Shown piece after piece: positions 7,688 through 14,681 of a DNA stretch of 14,681 nucleotides. Source of the stretch: Promethearchaeati archaeon (GTDB taxonomy: Archaea; Asgardarchaeota; Heimdallarchaeia; JABLTI01); the NCBI GenBank assembly GCA_013166835.1, contig JABLTI010000073.1, forward strand, positions 1 through 14,681. Direction: 5' to 3'. Position 1 is the first letter of the stretch; each line of letters opens with the position of its first letter. The notes under the pieces were generated by a model that was not told the DNA's origin, searched no databases, and saw only the letters and a program-made list of their open reading frames with translations. A program made the translations under genes and the position numbers.

Positions 7688-8458
7688 ATGAGTGAGAAAA
7701 AACAATTCTCTATTATTTCAGGTGCTGAACCTTTTCGCTTGAAAGCTAAAGGTCCGAAAGTTCTTCTTATCCATGGTTTTACCGCAACACCAACTGAAGT
7801 AAGACCTATTGGAGATTATCTACACAAGAAAAAATGTGATATTTACTCAATTTTGATACCTGGTCATGGAACCACTCCAGAGGATTTACAAACAAAGAAG
7901 GTAGCAGATTGGCAGAATTCAATAACCGAGATTTTTGCTGAAAATAATGGCTTTGATTTTGTAATAGGATTTTCTATGGGTGCTTTACTTGCTGCTCAAG
8001 CAGCTATTGATTTTGAAAATCAACTAAAGGGATTAGTTTTGATCTCAACTTTTCTAAAAATCAAACCAAAAATTCTCTCTCGAGTTGCTTTTCTTTTTCC
8101 AGTAATGAAATACTTAAAACCATACTTCTCTAAAAGTGATGAAACTGCACAATTCTTCAAAGATAATAATCTCATCAGCTATCTCAAATATCCTATGAGT
8201 GCTGTTCATGAGATAGTGAAACTCTCAAAATACACTCAAAGAAAAGTTTTATCTAAAATTATGGTTCCAACTTTAATAATCCAGGGAGAAAAAGATGACC
8301 GCGTAGATTCTGAAGGTTACAAAATACTTCAGAAATTGATTCCCGCAGAAGATAAAGAATTAGTACTTCTTCCTGATTCTCAACATATCGTTTCGGTTGG
8401 GCCTGATAAGGAATTATTGTTCAAATCCATTCATCAATTTATAAAAAAGAGAAAATAA
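7688..8458 (+). CDS. Alpha/beta-hydrolase, carboxylesterase/monoacylglycerol-lipase type
   Basis: LLIHGF oxyanion motif, PGHG, GFSMG nucleophile elbow, QGEKD (Asp) and SQH (His) triad. Confidence 0.9.
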   Translation: MSEKKQFSIISGAEPFRLKAKGPKVLLIHGFTATPTEVRPIGDYLHKKKCDIYSILIPGHGTTPEDLQTKKVADWQNSITEIFAENNGFDFVIGFSMGALLAAQAAIDFENQLKGLVLISTFLKIKPKILSRVAFLFPVMKYLKPYFSKSDETAQFFKDNNLISYLKYPMSAVHEIVKLSKYTQRKVLSKIMVPTLIIQGEKDDRVDSEGYKILQKLIPAEDKELVLLPDSQHIVSVGPDKELLFKSIHQFIKKRK

Positions 8459-8567
8459 TTTTTTCACTTTTTCCAATCAATAATCTTAGAAAGACTTAAG
8501 TTCAAAATAAAATCCAATTGACATAGACATTCAATGCCAAAGATGCTCATTTAATGAGGTAAATGTA

Positions 8568-9701
8568 TTGAGTAAAAAAGCTACAACTGGTTCTGAAGTA
8601 GATACAGAACCTGAGGTGAAGGATTTGGATGAAAAAGGTGCAACTTACAAGAAATCAGGAGTAGATATTGTTGAAGAAGGAGAAGTAATTGAAGAAATCT
8701 GGAAATTGCTGCCAAAAACTTTCAAATTAAATCCAAAAGCCAAATTTTTACCCGCGATGTCTCATTATGGTGGAATTGTAGATATTGGTATACCTGACAA
8801 ATACTTAGTAGTTACAGTTGATGGTGTTGGGTCAAAGGTTCTCATTGCTGAAATGCTCGAAAAATTCGATACTGTAGGCATTGATTGTATAGCTATGAAT
8901 GTAAATGATTTGATCTGTGTTGGAGCTGAACCTCTTGTTTTTGTGGATTATTTTGCTATCGAACAACCTGATACTATCATGGCAAATCAAATAGCAAGGG
9001 GATTAGTTGAAGGAGCAATCCAATCAAAAATAGCAGTAGTAGGTGGAGAAACTGCTACTTTACCAGACATCATCCGGGGCCATAATGGCAAAGGATTTGA
9101 TTTAGCTGGAACTGCAATAGGTTTAGTTGAGAAAAAGAAACTTATTCTTGGTGATAAAATTAAACTGGGAGATATTATCTATGGTATTGAGAGTAACGGA
9201 TTACATTCAAATGGTTACTCATTAGCAAGGAGCGTCTTATTAGAGAAACATACCGTAAATGATGTTGTTGATGGATTACATCTCGGTGAAGAATTAATCA
9301 AACCCACTTTGATTTATGTTCAAGAAGTTCTTGAGATGATCAATAAAGCTGAAATTCATGGCTTAGCTAATATCACTGGTGGATCTTTCCTCAAATTAGC
9401 CCGATTAATGAGACAAGCAAAAACAACTATTGGTGTTAAGCTTGATTCATTACCTGAACCACTTCCACTTTTCAAATTAATTCAGAAAATGGGTAATGTT
9501 TCAGTAAAAGAAATGTACAAGACATTCAATATGGGCATAGGTTTTTGTGTTATTGCTCCAGAATTAGAGGAAACAACACTTAAAGAAATTTGTAAGAAAC
9601 ATGGGAAGAAGCTATTTAGAATTGGGTCAATTATAGATGAGAAGAAGATAATTTTAGAATTACCTTCAGAAACGATCGAGTATCCCACTGATAAGTACTA
9701 A
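8568..9701 (+). CDS. purM: Phosphoribosylformylglycinamidine cyclo-ligase (AIR synthetase)
   Basis: TYKKSGVDI, DGVGSK, GIDCIAMNVND, GGETA, SNGLHSNGYSL, ITGG and TFNMGIG motifs; TTG start with GAGGT RBS at 8556-8560. Confidence 0.97.
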   Translation: MSKKATTGSEVDTEPEVKDLDEKGATYKKSGVDIVEEGEVIEEIWKLLPKTFKLNPKAKFLPAMSHYGGIVDIGIPDKYLVVTVDGVGSKVLIAEMLEKFDTVGIDCIAMNVNDLICVGAEPLVFVDYFAIEQPDTIMANQIARGLVEGAIQSKIAVVGGETATLPDIIRGHNGKGFDLAGTAIGLVEKKKLILGDKIKLGDIIYGIESNGLHSNGYSLARSVLLEKHTVNDVVDGLHLGEELIKPTLIYVQEVLEMINKAEIHGLANITGGSFLKLARLMRQAKTTIGVKLDSLPEPLPLFKLIQKMGNVSVKEMYKTFNMGIGFCVIAPELEETTLKEICKKHGKKLFRIGSIIDEKKIILELPSETIEYPTDKY

Positions 9702-10438
9702 AGATCTTCTAGCTCTTCTTTCTTTATATTTCCATTATGAAATGCAGTTGCAACTAATGCTCCCTTAATGCCTTTTTCCTTTAAGACAATCAAGTCCTGT
9801 ATACTACGCACTCCTCCTCCTGTGATTATAGGAATTGTAGAAACATTCTCCACAATTTCTAATAAAGAATCATTTAGTGGTCCTGTTTGACTCCCTACTT
9901 TTTGCAGCTCTAGAACAATAATTGCTTTTAATCCTAATCTTCCAGCAATTTCAGCGATTTCAGTGGGTTTAATCTTGCGTATTTCTTCACTCTTAGCGAG
10001 TAACTCCCCACCTTTAAAATCGACACTCAAGATAATTTTCTGGGAATTAAATTCTGATGCTGCCTTTTCTAAAACCTCTAAAGAACTCAGTGTTTCAGTG
10101 CCAATAATAACCTGGTCAACCCCCCAACCAAGTATTTCCTCTATATCCTCTAGTTGCTTACAACCAGCATCGATTGATATTTTGTAGTTAGATGTCTCTA
10201 CTAGTTCAATGATACTATCCTTATTTCTCTTAGTATTATCTGTGGATTGAATTCTATCTAAATCTGCTATGTAAAACCAATCTAAAGTTAACTTTTCATA
10301 AAATGCATTGGCAACGCTAAGTAGTGCGGGATCATTTGATATAATGGAATCACTAAATGGTTGGTACTCGTTTCTACGACCACCTTTTCCTTGAACGACT
10401 TCGCCATTTAATAGATCCATTACAGGAATTACTTTCAT
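9698..10438 (-). CDS. HisA/HisF-related TIM-barrel protein (probably not canonical HisA)
   Basis: VIPVMDLLNGEVVQGKGGRRNEYQP, YIADLDRI, DAG, IGTETL, LSVD, VGSQTGP and GGGVR fit the HisA/F-related family. Its stop overlaps the purM stop by 4 nt (convergent). Confidence 0.8.
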   Translation of the reverse strand: MKVIPVMDLLNGEVVQGKGGRRNEYQPFSDSIISNDPALLSVANAFYEKLTLDWFYIADLDRIQSTDNTKRNKDSIIELVETSNYKISIDAGCKQLEDIEEILGWGVDQVIIGTETLSSLEVLEKAASEFNSQKIILSVDFKGGELLAKSEEIRKIKPTEIAEIAGRLGLKAIIVLELQKVGSQTGPLNDSLLEIVENVSTIPIITGGGVRSIQDLIVLKEKGIKGALVATAFHNGNIKKEELEDL

Positions 10439-10556
10439 GATTAATGTGAAAAAGCTTCAAGAATAAATAATCTTCTCCTTTTCTTAAAAAAAGTCTTTAT
10501 TAATGAGGACGACTTGAACAATAGGTAATGTCAATTACATCATCAGTTGGAGATAT

Positions 10557-11822
10557 GTGATTAATATGGATCGCATTAGATGTGGAATTTTTTCTGCAAA
10601 AACGAATGTTCCTTTTCGAGCTGGAAAACTTGCAGTTGAACGATCAACCAGTCAAGTTTTTGATACAAATCCCGCATTATGCTTAGTCTTTTTCTCTCCA
10701 AGATACTCCTCTCCAGATTTAGTTGATGGTATTGTTCAAGCAATCTCTCCGGAAGTTGTCGTTGGTTGTTCGACAAATGGTGAAATCGCTTCTGGTTATT
10801 GGAGAGAGAGTGTCATTGCAATAACCCTGTCAACTGATTTCATGAGGTTTGGCATAGCAACAGAAGCAAATGATAAACTAGCATCTGGGTCAAAAGAAGT
10901 CTATCAGCGATTCTATGAACGAGCCATTAAAGATCTGCGTGATAAGATGATTTTTCATAAATCAGAGATGACTGTTCCAGTTAATCCACAAAATATCACC
11001 CCTGATTTCGGTATGCTTTTTCTTCCGGGAACAGATACAGAACTTAATCCAAAAGCAAATGAAGTTGTCATTAATTTAAGAGAATTCTTGGGAGATATAC
11101 CATTAATAGGTGGGGTGATAGGGGATGACTGCAATTATGAAACTGGTTATGTAATCTTCAAAGATGAATTTCTTGAGAATCATACCATTTTAATTCTTGG
11201 TCGCTCTGATTTAGAGTTTTCAATGGCTCAGAAACATGGGTATCATCCAAAGAAAGAATTTTCTGTAACAAGTTCAAAAGGAAACAATCTTTTAACATTA
11301 GATAATCGTCCTGCTTCTGAAGTTTATTTCGAAACTCTGAATTTACCAGTAGTTGAAATTTCGGATATGCGTGATGAGATTTGTGCGATTAATCCTCTTG
11401 CGATTAAAAACCCAGTTACAGAAAACTTGGAGATTCTCTTTCCAATGTCTCGAGGTAGAGATGCAACGGACTTAGTGGTTTCACAAACAATTCCAGAAGG
11501 TTCCAAGATATTAGTTACTGAAGCAGATATTGAGGAATCCAAAAAAGCTACTTTAGAATCAATAAAAGAAGCCTTTACCTCTGGACCCGTAAAGGATCCT
11601 CGAGTTGGAATTATCTTTTCTTGTGTCGGTCGTAGTACTTTTTATTTTGACCGAGCTTTAGCAGAAATTGAAGAAATAAGGAATCGATTCAAGTATACTG
11701 ATATTGGTGGAGCTTATTTGTATGGCACAATTTGTGGTAAAAGTAACTGGATATCAGAAGGGACTTCCAGTACTTTACTAATAGGTAATAATCTAAGAGA
11801 TAGAAGTAATGAATCGAAATGA
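10557..11822 (+). CDS. Stand-alone FIST-domain (FIST_N + FIST_C) sensory protein
   Basis: LVFFS, VVGCSTNGEI, PLIGGVIGDD, LDNRPA and FSCVGR motifs. Start is GTG 10557 (GGAG upstream) or ATG 10566. Confidence 0.87.
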   Translation: MINMDRIRCGIFSAKTNVPFRAGKLAVERSTSQVFDTNPALCLVFFSPRYSSPDLVDGIVQAISPEVVVGCSTNGEIASGYWRESVIAITLSTDFMRFGIATEANDKLASGSKEVYQRFYERAIKDLRDKMIFHKSEMTVPVNPQNITPDFGMLFLPGTDTELNPKANEVVINLREFLGDIPLIGGVIGDDCNYETGYVIFKDEFLENHTILILGRSDLEFSMAQKHGYHPKKEFSVTSSKGNNLLTLDNRPASEVYFETLNLPVVEISDMRDEICAINPLAIKNPVTENLEILFPMSRGRDATDLVVSQTIPEGSKILVTEADIEESKKATLESIKEAFTSGPVKDPRVGIIFSCVGRSTFYFDRALAEIEEIRNRFKYTDIGGAYLYGTICGKSNWISEGTSSTLLIGNNLRDRSNESK

Positions 11823-11835
11823 TTGTTTTTTGTTC

Positions 11836-12777
11836 TTATCCTACAATATTATCAGAGAAAGTGACAGTGTTATGCCATCCTTCTCTTCTCAGAATTTCAT
11901 CAGACATTCTAAGTATTTTCAATTTCTTTTGCAAACACACAAATGTGTGAGGTAATTCACCAAGTAGCTCCCCCATTGCATGTGCATGCACTTTCTTCTC
12001 AGATTCTGTACTAAGAACGATTTTTTTCCCTCTTATTATCTCACACTTAGGATGCGTTATATGCGTTCCTTTCCCAAGCTTTGTTGAGGTAATTAATGTT
12101 TCAAGAATTCTAGTGTTACCAATAATAACCACCTCAAGTAAACCATCGTCAATTATTGCATTGGGTGCAACCATTTTCTTATTTCCAGCTCTTTGACCAT
12201 TCCCTAGCATTACAGTCAAACACTTGCCATCTCTGATTACTCGTCCATCGTCAATGTCGATCCGTATGTGTCTTGGTCGATATGTTAAGATAGAACGAAT
12301 CAGACCAATATTATAAATGATTTTCGTGCTTTTTCCGTGAACGATTTCTGAAAGGTAACCATCAATACCTGCTCCTGCTATTCCCATGCAATATCGATCC
12401 CCATTATTAATCTCCATACAATCTATTAACCGATGCCGCCTCTCTGTGAGCATTTCAATTATATCTTCGATTTTATTGGTTTGCCTTACATTGAAAGCAT
12501 TATCATTCCCTCTTCCCGAAGGAATAATTCCTAACGTAGTCTTAAACCCTGTTTGACCAATACCAGTAAGAACCTCATTAACAGTCCCATCCCCTCCGTA
12601 TGCGACTATTACATCATGATCATCAATAGATTCTTTGACAATACGAATAGCATCATTTCTTTCTTTAGTCCATTCAACTTCGAAATCTAAACCGGCCTTT
12701 TTGAGAGCCTTAACAACTTTTGGCCAAGCTTTTCTCGCTTTCCCACCATAGGTAGCTGGATTACAAATTATCTTCAT
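11836..12777 (-). CDS. Diacylglycerol/lipid kinase family protein (YegS/DgkB-like)
   Basis: NP, GGDGTVNEV, LGIIPSGRGND and APNAIIDDGLLEV motifs. Confidence 0.9.
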   Translation of the reverse strand: MKIICNPATYGGKARKAWPKVVKALKKAGLDFEVEWTKERNDAIRIVKESIDDHDVIVAYGGDGTVNEVLTGIGQTGFKTTLGIIPSGRGNDNAFNVRQTNKIEDIIEMLTERRHRLIDCMEINNGDRYCMGIAGAGIDGYLSEIVHGKSTKIIYNIGLIRSILTYRPRHIRIDIDDGRVIRDGKCLTVMLGNGQRAGNKKMVAPNAIIDDGLLEVVIIGNTRILETLITSTKLGKGTHITHPKCEIIRGKKIVLSTESEKKVHAHAMGELLGELPHTFVCLQKKLKILRMSDEILRREGWHNTVTFSDNIVG

Positions 12778-13054
12778 ACTTGTTTTTCTCCTGTTCTTTG
12801 AATCTCGAAACTATCCTTTAGGTAATATCTTGTAACGATTTTTAGTGTTTTCGCAGTTTAATCGTAAAAACATTCATTTTTTAGAATATGTGTCTATATG
12901 TCATTTAACAAAACTTATTTTAACATAAACGTTAACAAAAAGCGAGTAGTTAAGGAACAAGAAAAACGGACTCAGTTAATAAAATCAAATTTCCATCATT
13001 TATAAAAACATCCTCATGAGGAATGATTAAGTATATCTCAGGAGATATTGAGAA

Positions 13055-13807
13055 ATGCCCATTGCTAGACAAGTTATGATATTAACAAAAGAGGGGTTAT
13101 TACTTTTAGATTACAAGTTCAGAGTAGATGATGGAGATTTAATGGAAACAGATCCGGATCTTCTATCTGGTATGTTATCAGCAATCCTCGCGGTAGCTAA
13201 AGAAACAACAGGTGGGTTAGTACAAACCATCCATCAAGACAAATATAATGTGCTGATAAGCGAAGGTGAAAAAGTCTATGCTCTACTCTTTATTGATGAA
13301 GAGAGCAGAGAGCTTGATAACATAGCAAAGTTGATTGTCGGAAGATTTGAAGCAAAATACAAAGAAGAATTGAAGGAAATAGTCTCAGACGTTTCAGTAT
13401 TCAAAACCTTCCTGAAGGACCTTGGAGAGATTTATGCTCAAATATTCAAGGTAGATGCAGAACTACTCTCAAAAATCATACCTGAAGTAACCAACATTAA
13501 AAACGTCTCTATCTTTGAAAAACCAATGAATCATCAAGTCTACACAGGTCCAAGAGATCCATTTGTAAGTGACTATGAACACTATTTCCAGGAATTTGCT
13601 GTGAAACTCATCGAAAGCCAAGCGGAATTTTCAGAGAAGACACTACAATTCCCAAATAGAACAATATTGGATTACGGAACAAGGGTCATAGTATTAGAAG
13701 ATCTAGGTTCACACGTGCTAATGATAATAGGCGAAAATGCAGACGATATATTAGCAAAAATAAAGAGAATAAGAAGGAAAGCAGGATTACAAGCTCTTAA
13801 AAGATAA
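13055..13807 (+). CDS. Asgard-type longin-like domain protein with a probable second roadblock/longin-like domain
   Basis: N-terminal pattern VMILTKEGLLLL...DPDLLSGMLSAI...E...VQTI...FEAKY resembles Asgard longin-fold proteins. The C-terminal ~110 aa show a helix/strand alternation compatible with a roadblock fold. GGAG RBS and TTTATAAA at 12999-13006. Confidence 0.65.
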   Translation: MPIARQVMILTKEGLLLLDYKFRVDDGDLMETDPDLLSGMLSAILAVAKETTGGLVQTIHQDKYNVLISEGEKVYALLFIDEESRELDNIAKLIVGRFEAKYKEELKEIVSDVSVFKTFLKDLGEIYAQIFKVDAELLSKIIPEVTNIKNVSIFEKPMNHQVYTGPRDPFVSDYEHYFQEFAVKLIESQAEFSEKTLQFPNRTILDYGTRVIVLEDLGSHVLMIIGENADDILAKIKRIRRKAGLQALKR

Positions 13808-13914
13808 TAATTGATGACCAAAAGTTCAAGCACATAAATTTTATTCGCTATTTTTCACAAGTTTTAAAATACTTAAGAAATTAAACAAGGCAAAAACTAA
13901 TTGGAGTTTTGGCA

Positions 13915-14411
13915 ATGCGAGAAGACGTAAAGAAAATCTGGCCAGAAATAGAATGGATAAAAGATAAGACACTAAAAGAAAATGTCTACAAAACATGGGA
14001 ATACGCATTAGAACAGAGCGTTTTAAGTGCAGAAGATTTAGAGAAAATAGAGCAGTAGTATCCATAGCAGTGGACTCAGCAAAAGTCATGCAGAAGTTCT
14101 TCGGAGAGAAACTACCAATAAAAATGGATCTACTAATTGCTGGAGCAATACTCATAGATGTTGGAAAACTATTGGAATACGTTCTAGAAGATGGGAAAGC
14201 AGTAGTAGGAAAAACAGGAAAACTATTACGACATCCATTCACAGGAGTAGGATTAGCAATGATGTTCGACATACCAGATGAAGTATGTCACATGATAGCA
14301 ACACACTCAAAAGAAGGAGACCTAGGAAAAAGAACAGTAGAAGGAATAATAGTACATCACGCAGACTTTATCAGCTATGAACCATTCAAAGCAGATACAC
14401 TTCGGTTGTAA
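13915..14411 (+). pseudogene. HD-domain-like phosphohydrolase, frameshifted near 14049
   Basis: ATG 13915 (GGAG RBS 13903-13906) reads MREDVKKIWPEIEWIKDKTLKENVYKTWEYALEQSVLSAEDLEKIEQ* (TAG 14056-14058). The -1 frame from 14049 continues RAVVSIA...GAILIDVGKLLEY...LRHPFTG...IATHSKEG...VHHAD, typical HD-superfamily motifs. Confidence 0.75.
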
Positions 14412-14495
14412 AAGAAAGAGAGTTAGAAACCATAATCTTAACAAACGAAAGATTCAAAAAGAAAAAAGAAAGGAAAACCTAATGCTGAATAATGT

Positions 14496-14572
14496 GGGCG
14501 GTTGATCTAGCCTGGCATGATACCTCCTTGACGTGGAGGAAGTCCCCGGTTCAAATCCGGGATCGCCCACCA
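14496..14572 (+). tRNA. tRNA-Val (anticodon GAC), intronless, CCA encoded
   Basis: Acceptor GGGCGGT/ATCGCCC, anticodon arm CCTCC-TTGACGT-GGAGG, T arm CCCGG-TTCAAAT-CCGGG, discriminator A14569, CCA 14570-14572. Confidence 0.97.
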
Positions 14573-14574
14573 AT

Positions 14575-14681
14575 CTATTTCTCTAATCCTTCTATTTCTT
14601 TCAAGATTTTCGCATATACTTTTGCAGATAGTCTGAATGTTGTTGTTGTTATTAATTGCGCTAGTAATGTTTGGCTCTCTT
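14575..14681 (-). CDS. C-terminal end of a gene entering from the right, possibly DUF3368/PIN-type protein
   Basis: Manual translation ...ESQTLLAQLITTTTFRLSAKVYAKILKEIEGLEK* (TAG at 14577-14575); FRLSxxxYxxIL resembles DUF3368 C-termini. Only 34 sense codons visible. Confidence 0.55.
   Translation of the reverse strand, partial: ESQTLLAQLITTTTFRLSAKVYAKILKEIEGLEK

Noticed and set aside
8563-8571. ATG-TAT-TGA mini-ORF overlapping the purM TTG start
   Set aside because: Only 2 nt from the RBS and easily arises by chance; no support for a regulatory role.
13995-14048. ORF-track start of the 138-aa HD protein (MGIRIRTERF...)
   Set aside because: Out-of-frame reading of the real N-terminal segment that begins at 13915.
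14041-14058. Programmed -1 ribosomal frameshift in the HD-like gene
   Set aside because: No canonical slippery heptamer or obvious downstream structure, and the joined product would appear to lack a conserved segment.
13841-14272. 143-aa minus-strand ORF
   Set aside because: Antisense shadow of the HD-like gene; Ser/Phe/Leu-rich with no motifs.
14199-14399. A-rich tract as a diversity-generating retroelement template repeat
   Set aside because: No reverse transcriptase and no near-identical variable repeat in the window; the A excess is at synonymous sites of an ordinary gene.
14638-14650. (TGT)4 microsatellite
   Set aside because: Explained as four ACA Thr codons of the minus-strand gene under the local A bias.

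Overview
Low-GC archaeal chromosomal segment, most likely from an Asgard archaeon (inferred from a longin/roadblock-type protein, an archaeal-type tRNA-Val, TATA-like promoters and GGTGA/GAGGT ribosome-binding sites). Metabolic genes: partial purQ, purS, a LarA-family racemase, a Rieske ferredoxin, a VOC protein, a carboxylesterase, purM, a HisA/F-related barrel, a stand-alone FIST protein and a diacylglycerol-kinase-family enzyme. Two signals stand out. (1) At 3021-7592 a two-gene module is tandemly duplicated: a membrane-anchored surface protein followed by a membrane-spanning winged-HTH regulator. The two surface genes share a promoter, and phased 11-bp TTGAACC repeats lie upstream of the second. 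(2) A strong synonymous bias toward A builds up towards tRNA-Val(GAC) at 14496-14572 and appears on the opposite strand beyond it. Also present are a frameshifted HD-domain-like gene whose true start the ORF track misses and the 3' end of a probable PIN/DUF3368-like gene abutting the tRNA. All family calls come from motif recognition by eye and all counts are by hand; no searches were run.
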